64,000 bases of DNA. It comes from Octopus sinensis (lineage: Eukaryota). A program made the position numbers and the translations under genes. The stretch lies in the NCBI RefSeq assembly GCF_006345805.1, contig NW_021833246.1, positions 1 through 64,000 on the forward strand, in the 5' to 3' direction. This document shows positions 1 through 14,589 of the stretch, one piece after another (the first letter of the stretch is position 1; the number at the start of each line of letters is the position of its first letter). The notes below the pieces were generated by a model that saw only the letters and a program-made list of their open reading frames with translations, was not told the origin of the DNA and ran no database searches.

Positions 1-306
1 AAGCTCTTAAAGTTTGTTTCTACAGGCAATGTTAGGTATTGTTGAGTGGAGCCAGATGGGAGACAGAGACAGAGAGAGAGGTGTAGAGGGAGGGAGGTAA
101 GTAAAACAAGTGTATCATATAAATTAAACATAAAACGTTGAAAAGTAAACAAAAAATAAAATAAGTTCATGAGAAATACCCCAAATTTGTTGCACAAATC
201 TTAAACATGTATATAACATATATATGCATAGATGTTTATATGTATATATATATATATAGCAAACATATATATATAGATATATATATATAACATATATGAA
301 TATATG

Positions 307-380
<74 letters not shown>

Positions 381-665
381 TGTGTGTAATATATTCAGAG
401 AAATATATAGAGAAAGAGAGAAAAACATTTACATATGAAATATATCTATGTTCTAAAAATACACTACAATCTTTTATTGCAATTATAGGTATGAATGTAT
501 ATATGTTCATATATGAATATTTTTTTTACAGTTTCATTTATATTATATATATATCATATATAATATATATATACTTGTCCTAAAAATACATTTTTCCTCC
601 TATTGTATTATTTATTCCACATCTTTGTATCCCCCTCTCACTATATGTGTATAAGATACGCACTA

Positions 666-708
<43 letters not shown>

Positions 709-1197
709 ATATATACATATATACACTATCAAACACATATAGGCAAGTGTATATAAATATGTGTGTATGGGATGTATGTATGCATGTATGTAGTTGGGTG
801 TATTGTATGGGCGAGGAGATGATTTGCCGTCGTGAGCATGTTTGGTTAGACTAACAAGCAGTCGACTATCCAATTATAATTACTCTTGTTTTATATATAT
901 ATATACATATATATCTATTTCTTCTTTCTTATTTTGGTGTGGTGGGGTTTCGTAGAACTTTTTTCTACCATTCTTTGCGAAAGACTGAGAAAATGTGATT
1001 GTGAATTCTCATGCGAGAAATGTGTTTCGAAAAACAGAGAGAAATAAAGACACACACAAAAAAAAAATAACTACAAAAGGAAACTTTCACGAAACGGATA
1101 TGGAAAATTGGTAAAAATGTCATATACATATCATATGAACATACATTTGCGTGTTTGCATTTGTGTGTGTGTGTCTGATTAGTGTATGTGTTATTGC

Positions 1198-1234
<37 letters not shown>

Positions 1235-2699
1235 TGCATGTGTGATATATGCAGGTAGCTGTTTGTAAGTGTGTGTGGGCAATGTGCATCGATAAACAAT
1301 ACAGGGAGTGAAAAACACGATACAAGACACAAACATTTGTATACATACATGTGTTTTCGCATAGAAGAGCAGATATTACAAGCTTATACAAATATCAAAT
1401 ATTCATGAACAGCGACACGTAATTAGTATAATTGTGTGCGTATAGACACATACGCAAAGAAACAGATACGTCTGTTTGTGTGTGTGTGTCTATGTATGTA
1501 TAGGCATGTGTGTGTACGTGTGTATGTAGCTCGGTAGATTTCTGGAAAGAGGCACTGAATATCAATCCATACATATAGAGAAATATTATCAATTGAAAAA
1601 TATATGTAAGTACATAATTATCTCTGTACAAAACATTAATAGATGCCTTTATTCTATTACCATATACGTTTAGACGTCCTGCTTGTGCACGCATATACCT
1701 TCACGCATACATACACACACACACACTCACACACATATATACATATATGTATATACTCTTTATCTTTATATGTAAATGCATATGGATGCATCTACGTGTG
1801 TGTCTGTGTATATATATGTATGTATGAAATCCCATCGGTGTATGGCTCTTAGTGTACATGCAAGTATACCAGCACATATATCGATGTGTGTATATGTGTG
1901 TATGTACGTGTGTGTGTTTGTTTGTGCGTGTATGAGAATATATTCTGAAGCATATAATAAATACTACTTTTTTTAATAGATTAATGGTCGCTTGGCACGG
2001 CAATTGTTAATTCTTGTAGGGAATATATAAATTGGGTCCCCCCATATAGCCTATATTTATATGTGTTATGCTGATAATTGTGTTTCACACAATACATGAA
2101 TTGGCCTTCGAAAAGAAATCTATTCTAGTACGAAATAGTATAATATTTGAATTTAACGATAAGTGGTTCTAGAATCTAGTTGTCGATGTGTAATGTGTTC
2201 CACCGAATACGGTAGTATAGCTTTAAGGTTTGGTATTCAATGAATAGAAAACGTCAGGTGTCCATTGTTTACCTTACAATACATAGCATTTAGTAAGGAA
2301 AATATATGGTGCTCATAATACATAACTGATATATATTTCTCTCTTTAGAGTTATGCAGCAATAGATCATAGATGTAGCTATTTAGATACTCTGACTAGAT
2401 TCTAATACCTTTTTTTGTACTCCATCCTTGACGTATTCTCATCGATCCACGCGAATAATTTTTAGTTAATCATCCCACTTAGTGAAGACCCAAATAATGT
2501 TTCGCCATTTGTCACTATTGAGGTTTTATATATATATATATATATATGGGGGAGTTATTAATTTATATTTTCTTCATGACGGTTGTTATAAAGCCCAAGA
2601 CATTTTTCCTCATAGAAGCCGTAATATAAATTAGTTACACTCTAAAGGGGGTTAAATCAGACCTGCTCGTTAATTGTAGTTTCATATATACGGAGTGAA

Positions 2700-3480
2700 C
2701 CCATTCCACGAGAATACTTGAACATCTCTTTGAACATCTCGTCAAGGAGACTTTGGTTAGACACCGACGACTGTTGTTAACATTATATACGACATGTGGT
2801 AGACGGGATTGCATACAGGCGTCAGGTAGGTGTTTAACGTTTAGGATTTAATAGGCCAGTGGCGAGAATTATAGACATGCGGCGGGATTTCATAACTTTG
2901 TAAAGTCGCGTAAGGTTACACATTAGTGCGCTTGATCAAGTATGGTTCCGTAATGTAATTATAGCCTTGCGATAGTAGGTCAGGCAGATGTTATGCTGAA
3001 TGGATGCCATCTCTGTATGGTCAATATGATGTACTTAGACCAACTTTCAATGCATTTAATTTTATTAATTGCACGTTTCTTTGGTGACACCACGATATAT
3101 CACTTTTTTCTGGCGATGGTTGCATCACTTTGAACCAGTATAAGGAGTTGTTTGTAGAAACGGAGCTGTTAATTAGGAGGCCATAGACATTAATGGTATT
3201 GCCGTTGTTGCTCTTGATTAACTATGTATTAGCTATATTTCAGCAGAAGCACAAAGACACGCTTTAAACCATTGCATTTCATTTTTATGTAAACTATTAA
3301 GAATTCATACATACATCTTGGGATTAAAATCTCAGACAGTTATATCGATGGTGCAGATATGGGTCGCCTTGTTTCTCGCAGTTCGTGTAAACACCTATGA
3401 CATCAGGTGAGCCAGAATTATAATTATCTTTGCAGTGTAATGAATTGGAATTCTTATCGAAACACATCTGCTCGAATGAC
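2700..3480 (-). mobile_element. Possible ancient LINE RT remnant
   Basis: The minus strand gives KQGDP and a downstream INVYGLLINS (possible decayed FADD region). Very degraded. Confidence 0.3.
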
Positions 3481-3766
3481 CGATATGTGTACTATCGAAA
3501 CCTAGACAGTGTTTTATATTAATGACTTGTAGGTTAGGGTTAGGTGGTATTTCGCTATGTGTTCGAGTATGATTAATGGGTTAGATGGGGGTTGACGAAA
3601 GACTAACCCCACGAAATATGGCATATACGCCGATTACGCGATTTTATCTTCGATCTCATTGTTTGTTTACATCTGACGTCATGTACACGAATCGTAGCAA
3701 GAAAAGTTCGTGCTGGCTATAATTTCCATAGAATATCTGTAGAGATAACCTTAGGAAATAAACAGA

Positions 3767-3974
3767 TTTACTCTACACACAAGGCCCGAAATTTTGGGGG
3801 AGGGAACCAGTCGATCAGATCGACCCCAGTACGTGACTGTTAGTTAATTTATCGATCCCGAAATGATGAAAGGCAAAGTCGACCTCGGCGGAATTTGAAC
3901 TCAGAACATAAGGACAGACGAAACAACGCTAAGCATTTCGCTTAGCGTGCTAACGTTTCTGCCAGCTCGTCGCC
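3767..3974 (-). mobile_element. tRNA-derived SINE, family A
   Basis: GGCGACGAGCTGGCAGAA (A box) and GAGTTCAAATTCC (B box), with body GCCTTTCATC.TTTCGGG.TCGATAAATTAA (Nin/Deu-like domain). Confidence 0.9.
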
Positions 3975-4627
3975 TCACCTTAACAATATAACGTAAGCTG
4001 TGTTTTTTCGCATAGCGCTCTAGCATGGATCCAATTCCCCTGATCGTCCTAAAGTGCTCTGTTCGAGAAACCCTGTTCAAATGCTAATTTTCAATGTTAC
4101 AGTCCACAGAACCTTCTCATTATTTGATTCCGTTTGAAATTAATTTGCTCACAGAACGAACTCGCCTGAAATCACCAGTAATTCCATAAGCATTGTATCT
4201 TTCCTTTCCAAGTGTAAGTCTTTATTATGTATTTTCAGGCAAAAAGAACATGCATTAACTCGGTAAAGGACTCAATACGCATCTACACTTTGATCATTAC
4301 GAATATATAAATGTAGGATTATTTGTATATAACCACACACGAACATACGCACAAACACACTAATATGTAAGTATATATGTATATATGTGTGTGTGTGTGT
4401 TATTTTATGTGGGTGTGAGTGCGCGGGCGTGTGTATTACTCTCTCTCTCTCTGTATATATATGTAATATATATATATATATAGATATATATACATACATA
4501 TATATATATATACACACATCATACAAATACATATATGCATGTATATATGTATATAATATATATATATATACAAAGTGAGCGTGCCTATGTATAAATCTTA
4601 AACTCTGTGTTTGTGTGTGGTGTGTTT

Positions 4628-4662
<35 letters not shown>

Positions 4663-5524
4663 ATGTATGTGTGTGTATGTATGTATGCTTTTGTTTTTTC
4701 GGATTTCATTTCATCAATTTAGCGCATCATTGACCTGGCGAAATAAATGTTGTCTTCCGAAGTACCTCTCAGCGAACAACAACAACAACAATTACCATAA
4801 TCGCGTTCACACAATAGCTTCAACACGTATGTCAAGATGCAATCAAAAATATAATTTAAACGAAATATCAAAACATAAAGAAAAGAAAAGAAAAGAAAAG
4901 GAAAAGATACTGAATTACAAAGAAAATTAAGAAATAAATATATCGGATAAAAGTTTTTAAAAAATTAGCCGAGAAGAAAATAAAACAACTTTGAATTAAT
5001 GAAATAAATTATAATTTGAAAATTAATCAAATTAATTTCTAATTTAAGTTCTTGATGGAATAAATATGATAAATTATATTGAACTTGCAGAGTGAAGTAT
5101 ACTAAATATTATTGTACATTTTTTTATATAGTCTCCTTTATTACGAAATTTATATTGTATTTTTATATTGGTCCTTCATACTTTCACTTCTCTTGATCAA
5201 ACTGTTCTTTGTTTGTTATCAATTTGTATCGTTAATTAACTATTATAATCACTAACATCATTTGTAAACTTCAGATAAAATATGTGCCTTGCGGGGATGG
5301 ATGAGGTGTGTCTTGACGTTTAAGAATATCGTTGATTTTAATGCTATTTTCTAATATATATCACAGTTGTTTATCCGGTCTGTCACAACAGTATTTTCTA
5401 ATGTGGTTGATGTTGGTATCGCTGCTGTTCATAGTGATAACACACGTTAAAGAAATGGTGATGATGATGATGGCGATGTTTTAAGGATGATGATAAAGAC
5501 CACTCATGGACCAATATTCGTTTC

Positions 5525-5712
5525 ACATTTTGGTACAAGGCCAGAATGTTTTGGGTTAAGTATTAAGTCGCTTGCATCGACCCCAGTACTCAACTGGTAC
5601 TTAATTTATCAACCCGAAAGGATGAAATGCTAAGTCGAACCTAGGCGCCATGTGAACTGAGAACGTGGACGTAGCCGAAACGCCGGTAAGCGTTTTGCCC
5701 AGCTCCACCGGC
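5525..5712 (-). mobile_element. SINE family A, diverged
   Basis: Homologous to 3767-3974. Confidence 0.8.
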
Positions 5713-6703
5713 CTGACCACGACCAGGAGTACAAACTTGTAAGTATTACTGATGACGATGATGACGACAACTACGGAGATGACTGAGACAGTGGTGAGGA
5801 TGGCGAAGTCAACAACTTTAAAGATGCCGTTGATATTGATGATTGTGACGATCCCGATGAAGGCGACGACGCTAACTGAGAGACATGCCACTACTACTTC
5901 TAGCAGCTTCAGTAAATATCGCGGGCGATCTGTTGCTACTTCTGATACAAAATAACGAAGTCGTTTTCGTTTGATCACCAAGTCTCACCTTATCCACTCT
6001 ACCTGTAATCAAACGCTTGTAAAAGCCCCAGCCTTCTACACAGTAGTATTACTCTTAAAGTGACATTATCTAATTCGTCCTTCCACGTTAAATATGGATA
6101 TTTTAAAGTACATTTCGTTGCTATTTTGAGATCTAAATTATTTCACGTTTATTATTCATGCACATATTTATATTTGAGTTTAATGACTTCTGATACATCT
6201 TCTAAATGAAGATTACGTTGATTACCTAATAATTATATTAATTAAACTAATTAAATTTTCTATAAGACGACCTAATGTCTGCACTCTATGACTTTAAATC
6301 AGTAAAATAGCAAAATGTTTAACACTTTAATATCTCACATCAGTATGCAGAAAAAATATTCATTGTTAGCCGTGTATTATCATTTACGGTGACGATGTAT
6401 AATTAAATGGAAATATAAGGATACACGCTGTATATGGATAAATATAGGATTCGTATGTTCCGTTAATTGAATAGACATTGGGTATACCCGCAGACTAAAT
6501 TATCAACATCCATGGAGAGCTCTTGGAGACTAATCATCCCGTTTTAATGGATTACTCTCCGTGATGTTCAGGTGTATTACTTCACATTCGAATATACATA
6601 CACAAAACATATGCTTATTCATATATATATATATATATTAATATATTATTATAATATAATATATATATATATATATATATATTATATTATATATATTACA
6701 ATA

Positions 6704-6866
6704 TAAAGGGAACGTTTTACGAAAATAAACAAAGGACAAGGAGGGGTGTACAAACAAACAAATGTATTAGTATATAGCGCTCAGGATAGAAAACTCTTTT
6801 ACGTTTCGAGCCTACGCTCTTCTACAGAACGATACACAGAAAAAAAACAAGGAGAGAAACAAGGAG
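6704..6866 (-). mobile_element. Putative Penelope-type pLTR fragment in (TA)n with hammerhead-like motif (~6796-6830)
   Basis: The minus strand reads [CTGTAGA]A-GAGC gtag GCTC-GAAA-CG-TA-AAAG. The 3' end is ...GTTCCCTTTATA running into the TA array. Confidence 0.55.
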
Positions 6867-7288
6867 ATCTATCTATCTATCTATATATATATAAAATAAG
6901 TACCAGCACTGGGGTTGATGAAATCTACTATATATATATGTTTCTGAATATATGAAGATATCTAAAGCTATCTATATCTAAGTGAGTGTACGTGTGTGTT
7001 TATACACACATATACACAAACACACAGACATCCTTAAGGATAATAAGGGGTTAGATAAATACATTCACCTCTGATACCACCTGATTGTTATGATTTGTAT
7101 ACTTAACATCAAATAATTTCATCGGTCGGATCTCTTGGATTTTCTCCTGCATAACCCCCTCCATTACACTCCTTCGCGTTGGATTACTATGTGGTTTGCT
7201 CGCCTGGTCCGTTGGAGGAGATTTCTCTGATAACTACGTGATTCTGTGACTCCATATACCCCACTATATATATCGGTGGTTGTTGTGA

Positions 7289-7341
<53 letters not shown>

Positions 7342-7847
7342 CAAAATCAGAGATGAATGTATTTACCTATCATAACATATGCAATGCAATTTAATTCACT
7401 ATATAACATAATATCCCATAATTTAATTATATTTAAAGCTAGAGGGTAATTTTATAAGGGATACGACACCAAAATTAATTTCCACTGCCGAAGTTTAAGT
7501 ATGGTACCTATAATCGTTAGTTTGGAAAATACTTAAAAGTACGGGTGGCGCTATACACGCATCATACGCTTAGGTGTAAACTATTATCAATCACTTTGTT
7601 CATGACCCTTTACTTAAAAATCTCATAAGTTGCCATAGAAACAGCTCGCACTCGTAACGACTATCTCTACAAGGCTGCGCTTTCCTTTTTATATCCCATT
7701 TAAGGCAAAAATCGATCCCGTTTTCCTTCAGTTTTCAAACTTAGATGAGGACGTACAAGTGGCTTTATGTTTGAGTCTATATATATATATATATATATGT
7801 ATGTTATCCGAAAGCTGATGGACAGACTAAATTGTTTCTACATTTTC

Positions 7848-7897
<50 letters not shown>

Positions 7898-7898
7898 A

Positions 7899-7935
<37 letters not shown>

Positions 7936-8681
7936 AGAGATACAGAGATTTCAAATATAATAAAGCTAAAATAGCCTCCGGTTATTCTATTTGTTTACTA
8001 GGCAATAAAATTTTTCAAGCGTAAAAGAATCCTCAATCTAAGCTTTCCATTTTGTAGTCTTCACATAAGAGCATATTTACGATACCCTGAATTATTAACG
8101 ATAGGCGTCATATGTTTATGCTTTTAAAATCATTTTCTTCTTATATTTTTATTCATAGAGTTTCTTCATAGAAGATATTGCCTGATTATCTGATTGCCGC
8201 ATAACATCCAGTACATTTGAATGCGTAGCCTGATTTAACAAGAATTACATATTTAATATAAGAAATAATACATATTTATTTCTAGTTAAATCAGTTTTGG
8301 CTTGTCAGTCAACATTCTGAGGTTTATAAAATAACGTAGCAACAAACTTTTCGAATATAAGGCATCGAGCGCTCCATATTTTAAGGGTGGAGGCTTTTCT
8401 CTCACTCCGCTGTCTTCAAAGAAATATTGAAGCTAAGCCTCCAACAGTTTATATCCAGCTATCTTTAGAAATACAAATAAAGGCCATCCTTCATAACATA
8501 GATTTGCGCATTATAAAACTGACTGGCTGCGTACGATTAGAATGTCTCAGATCAATATAGAGATTTTCAGTTGTTGACTTGGGATTTTCAAATGATATCA
8601 AAACAACAGACTCAGCAAAAACCAAATGAAAAACAAAGTGAAAATAGCAAAAGCATATTACTGTTTGTTGCATTATACTAG

Positions 8682-8683
8682 AT

Positions 8684-8748
<65 letters not shown>

Positions 8749-8791
8749 CAGATTAGAGGGACAGGTAGATGGATAGATAGATGGATGGATG

Positions 8792-8873
<82 letters not shown>

Positions 8874-8966
8874 CGGATAGATAGATGGATAGATAGATCG
8901 ATGGATGGATAGATAGATAGACGGATAGATAGATGGATGGATGAATAGATAGATAGGTAGATAGAT
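8682..8966. repeat. (GATA)n microsatellite
   Basis: Read directly from the sequence. Confidence 0.95.
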
Positions 8967-8974
8967 AACGTGGG

Positions 8975-9095
8975 ACTGTCGTTTACGTCGACGAGGGTTC
9001 CTGTTGATCTGATCAAAGGCACAGCCTACTCATGAAATTAATGTGCAAGTGGTTGAGCAGTCCACATACACGCGTACTGATAAGCACTTCCTCCA
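8975..9095 (-). mobile_element. SINE family C, 3' fragment
   Basis: GACGAGGGTTCCTGTTGATC...GAAATTAATGTGCAAGTGG. Confidence 0.75.
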
Positions 9096-9137
9096 GGGTG
9101 CTTACGATTCTGCCAGCGCGCTGCATTTATAATATAA

Positions 9138-9196
<59 letters not shown>

Positions 9197-9198
<2 letters not shown>

Positions 9199-9845
9199 TG
9201 ACAAAGTCGGCCAGTATTTACATTGGACAATATGTCGGTATTATAAAATCAAAGCCCCTGACAAATGGTATAAACACCATCCTGAAGCCGTGACTGAGGG
9301 AGAAAGTGTGTCGATTCTATGGGACTTCCCCGTACAGACCGACAAGACTATAAAAGCTAAATAAACCGGATATTATTAAAAGAGATCAGACAAAAAAGAA
9401 GTGTTCATTAATTGACATGGGTATCCCTTGCGATCACAATATAGCGGCGAAAGAATTTGACAAGATTAGTAAATATAAAGACCTGCTAATAGAAATTGAA
9501 AAAATGTGGCATTTCAAGGCGACTACAGTACCAGTGATTGTAGGATCTCTAGGAAACATAAAAAAAGGTACTGAAACCTATTTGAAAATGATCCAGGTCT
9601 ACCATCCCAACAGGAAGTGCAAAAAATCGTATTAACTGGAACGGCTCATGTACTGAGAAGAGCATTATCGCCGTGAAAATAACATCCATCCATGAATTTA
9701 TTTATTTAAAAATGTTTAAATACATATTTTATCTGTGAATTTGTGTGTGTAATCTGGGAATGCATACAATGAGCTTCTCTGCTCTAGGTTTATGGAAAAC
9801 ACCCGGCGAGAAACGGAAGAAAATTTGAAGAAAGAAGGAAAAAGC

Positions 9846-9846
<1 letters not shown>
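9197..9846 (+). mobile_element. 5'-truncated R4/Dong-like non-LTR retrotransposon (REL endonuclease and 3' UTR) in (TAA)n
   Basis: HDKVGQYLHW...ILWDFPVQTDKTIKA-KPDII...LIDMGIP...KISKYKDL...VPVIVGSLG. TAA arrays abut both ends. Confidence 0.9.
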
Positions 9847-9881
<35 letters not shown>

Positions 9882-9890
9882 GTAATAATA

Positions 9891-9963
<73 letters not shown>

Positions 9964-10449
9964 TAATAATAATAATAATAATAAATGATAACAACATGAT
10001 GCATTCCTTTATTATTTATTTAAATGTTGAGTAAAGTATCCACTGGTTAATTGACGTAGAAACAATTGTAATATTATACAAGGAAGCGTAGGGGAAATCA
10101 ATTCGTTATTGTCCACCCGTGCGCACACACATACATGCACGCTCACGTACATACACACAAACGTGAAATAATTTCGAGCTTTCTTCTCGACTTGTTGATT
10201 GCAATAGATATTGTCATTATTTGTCCTTACTGAAAAATCTCAATTTTGTTGTCAAATACATTATACATCTTATAGCGCCCCTCACGTGAATAAGAATATA
10301 TGATTTATACACCATTATCTGTCTTCACTTTTCTGTGTCTCGGATAACAGTTTATATTCTGTTACTGGAAATCTACACCTCATACATTTATCATTCTCTG
10401 TAAATAGGCTTTTTTTTTTACGTATAGCTGTTTTTATTTGTCTAGAATC

Positions 10450-10600
10450 GGTGGCGCATCGGAGAAAATACGAAGCAAAATTTGTCCGAGTTTACTTGGT
10501 AGATTCCAGTGCTATCGACATCAAATTTGCCATTTGTTATTTCGGGTTGATAAAATAAGTACCAGCACTGGGGTTGATGAAATCTACTAGCCACCGGTCA
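10450..10600 (+). mobile_element. SINE family A, highly diverged
   Basis: TTTCGGGTTGATAAAATAAGTACCAGCACTGGGGTTGAT body motif. Confidence 0.65.
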
Positions 10601-10650
10601 GACATAAATTACAAAACACGTACCTATACTATTCAAAATCTCCTCCGCCT

Positions 10651-10697
<47 letters not shown>

Positions 10698-10758
10698 TCA
10701 TCTTTTCGGTGGGGGGGGGGTCGATAAATGAAATAGTCGACTAGTCCCTTCCCCGCAA

Positions 10759-10815
<57 letters not shown>

Positions 10816-11784
10816 TAGTGTTGTTGTTGTTGTTATTATTATAACAGGTTCACTTCTGATTGCAAATATCGCAGTCCACAACCTGGCTATTCATCCTTGT
10901 GTTAACTATAAAATTAGTTAGCATTCAAGTACCGAGGAGGATAAATTATTGTGTGTACGAAGAACTGGTGTAGATTCAATGATGAGTCTCCTTCACCAAA
11001 TGTGACGCATTGGGCCTATATTTGAAAAAAAAATGTATCATTATAGTAAATACGCTTAATTGGCAGAAAATTATGCAGTGTGTGAGAAATTGCTCTCAGC
11101 TATTTCGTTACTGTACTTCATGTATTAAGTTAATATGCCATCGAGACCAGCCTTGCTATTCATCATTGCCATGTTGGTATCATGTTTCTGTTTTGGTTCT
11201 TCCTTTTTGTAGTTTCAGCTCAGAACTGCGGCCATGCTGGGGCACAACCCTTTTGACACACTCTTATAATTAAGAGCCTCCTCTAATATGTAGCTGTTGG
11301 TGAATAAGGGAGTTTCATGTCGCTACCCACATTTGCACCTCTTGCTGCGAGGTAGGTTCATCTGGGACTCTTGACAGGAAAAGGTCCATTTTTTTTTATA
11401 TGAAAACACCTACATCAATTTTGTGTAGGTCCTTCAGGCTCTTTAAGAGAATTGCAACAAGTTGTGGGCTCCTGAAACCCAAGTTGTTGCAGTAACTGAT
11501 CCTGAAGCGCGATTGCATTGCTGGGATATTTAGCACTGTGACGGGTCGACCCGTTCTGGTATTGGTGTAGGTTTCAATGCCATAATTTGGCATATAAAAT
11601 TAATTAAGTACTTTAATCGATTTAATTCTATACTTCTTTCCTGCTACGATTTTCTGGTTTTCTGTTTATCTAATTATTTTAATGTTGTGCAAAGTTTATT
11701 TGTATCTCTTAACTACATAGGATTTTTTTTCGCAATGTTTCGTTACGGGTTGCCATGTTTCTTTTTGTAGTCGTTTTCTGGTTA

Positions 11785-11871
<87 letters not shown>

Positions 11872-12840
11872 ATATATATATACAGATATACATTACATAT
11901 ATATGTATACTATGTATATATTATGTAGCTATGCTATGTATATGCACGCATATACTACTAGTCTTTCCATTTTTTAATGCTATCATTAATGCAACATTTT
12001 GTAGCAATTACATGACATTTCTTTCTTCTTATTTGTCTTTCTATTCTTTCAAATATACTTCTTCCATCTTATCCCCTCCTATAGTTTCGTAATTATTTCT
12101 TTCGGCTCTCCTTTTCACGAACGTCGAACAAAAAAGAAAGCAAAAACACACACACACCAAAAAAAAGCACAAATCGTTCAACACATACACATAAAAATAA
12201 CCTATAACCAGACAACAAAAAAAGTCATATAAATCATTGCCCATAATAAAAAGAAATAAAAATAATAAAAAAAGAGCATCAATATATACAGAAAACAAAA
12301 CCATAAAATATGGCGTCCATTTGTCACACAAAATGACCGCTAGGTGTTTACTGTATTTCACGTAACAAACAGAAAATACGAAATACATTTATTTTCATTA
12401 AAGAAAATCTGATACATTCACTAATCGCATCAATTCAATTTACATTTAGTCCGGCAAATCTGCAGAAATCGATAATTCAGTCTATGAAATTTCCCCTCCC
12501 TTAATTCGTTGGTATATATATATATATATTTGTATTTTATATATTTTATTTCTAATAAATATTCGCTAAATGTTTTATTACTTTATTTAGCCTTTAGGCG
12601 CTACGGTCATCGTAGATGTGATCATACTGGATGTATTTTATGCTATTTTATTTTATTTTAATTTTTGTATATTTTTTAATTCTTGTTGCTGCTGTCTTCT
12701 CAATGACAGCATATAATCGCCTAGCAGACATCTTCTATTGCAGCCCTCGAATAACCATGTCTATTAATGTTGTTTCAACGCTCTCTCCCTAGTACTACAT
12801 AAGCTGAGGATTTTAGCCGTATAACACGAAGACGAAAGGA

Positions 12841-12877
<37 letters not shown>

Positions 12878-12999
12878 CTATTTTTTCTGATTTTTCAGAT
12901 GTTTTATACGCTAGGCTACTGGTTTTAAATTGATATTAATTAAATTAATATTCAATTTATCTCCATCATTTTTTAAATCTATATATATATATGCATATG

Positions 13000-13044
<45 letters not shown>

Positions 13045-13046
13045 CA

Positions 13047-13082
<36 letters not shown>

Positions 13083-13299
13083 TATGTATATATATATATG
13101 TATATATATTATATTATTAATATTATTATTATTATTATTTTATTATTATTATTATTATATTATTATATTATTATCATTGCTATTGTTATTATTATTATTA
13201 GAAGATAATTTTGCAACTTCGTTAAACGGAAGAACAAAAATAAATATAGGACTGCAGCTGGAAGTGCTCCGGTGACACCGAGGCGAAAGGCAAAATTGA

Positions 13300-14200
13300 A
13301 AGGTATAAAGAATAAATACTCCAATCGGTCAAAACAACTTTATATAATTCCCAAATTAAACAAAATCGAATATAAATATATACTAAAACAATAGGATATC
13401 CAATGGTAAAATCTAACAGTATAAAATATACACGTATACACGAATGAGAGGTGATAACGCCTAAAATGCGTAATACGGGTGAAGTCGAATGAAGAAAAAT
13501 ATATGGAATAAATTAATGCCTAATAAAGGCGATTAAACATTTAAGACAATGGAGCTAAAATAATATAAATATAAATATATGAAAATACAAGAATATAAAT
13601 ATAGATAAGTGTAAGATAACCAGAACAGAGTCCATTGAAGCTCATCTCTACGATCGTTTCAATGGATGCTGCTTCACATCGTTAACGTACAATACCTTCG
13701 TGTATTTGGTATTCTAAAATGAGATCATTTGGGCTCTATATCTCCTTTTAAAATCAATAGTGATCCCAATATATTCCCTAACGAAATTATTCTCCCCTCT
13801 AACAATACATTTATAGACTACGTTTTTCTTAATCAGAACCCCTTATCAAGACATAAATTTGGAGTTCTGAAATTACAACTAAATTTCGGGGTCCCAACAG
13901 TTCTTGCTTACTTAATATGGTCCACATTCTCTCCTACAGAAATATTCCTAAGCGCTGAATAATCAACGCCTGAAGGCAGTGAAGAGTGCAAAAATCCATC
14001 ATTATCCCTTGGATTAATAACCATATTATTGCCACGTACATTTGAAACGAGTGCCAGGAATTTCGACAAATTTACTGGCAAAAATGAGAGCCTTATTCAA
14101 CAGAATTGGCGAAATTGAGTTCCAATAGTTAGAGATGTCAAATTAGAGAAATCGTATCTTCTGCTTCTCTACAAGGGAGTTGAAGCAAATGATGACATCA
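13300..14200 (-). mobile_element. Internally deleted Penelope-like element (Neptune type): RT fragment, GIY-YIG fragment and 3' region
   Basis: Minus-strand translation gives IRFL*FDISNYWNSISPILLNKALIFA (PLE RT motif FDI..FYPSI...LL.KAL.FA) and, with frameshifts, SCN.R...C...G.*L...VVYKCIV...YIGITIDFKRRY. GAAA-CGATCG-TA lies downstream. Confidence 0.7.
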
Positions 14201-14555
14201 CCATTTGAATTCTATAATGGAATATGTATGTATATATATATATATATATATATATGAAAATAAAAAGGGGTTTGTATGATTGTGTATAGAGGGATATATA
14301 TTATTCAAAGAAATTCCAACTCTGTTTTTTATGTTTTATTTATATTATTTATAATATTAATGTAGAATATAGAATATATAGTATAAATAGTATATGTAGT
14401 AAAATGAAATGCGGTATTGATTGTCTTATTGAATAGATGAAATATTGAATATCAAACATAAAGGAACTAGTATACTTTCTTGCATTAAAGCAATCTTCAA
14501 GGTCCCAGGTTGTGACAGGAGTGTCTGAACTGTATATATTTACATATACATATAC

Positions 14556-14586
<31 letters not shown>

Positions 14587-14589
<3 letters not shown>

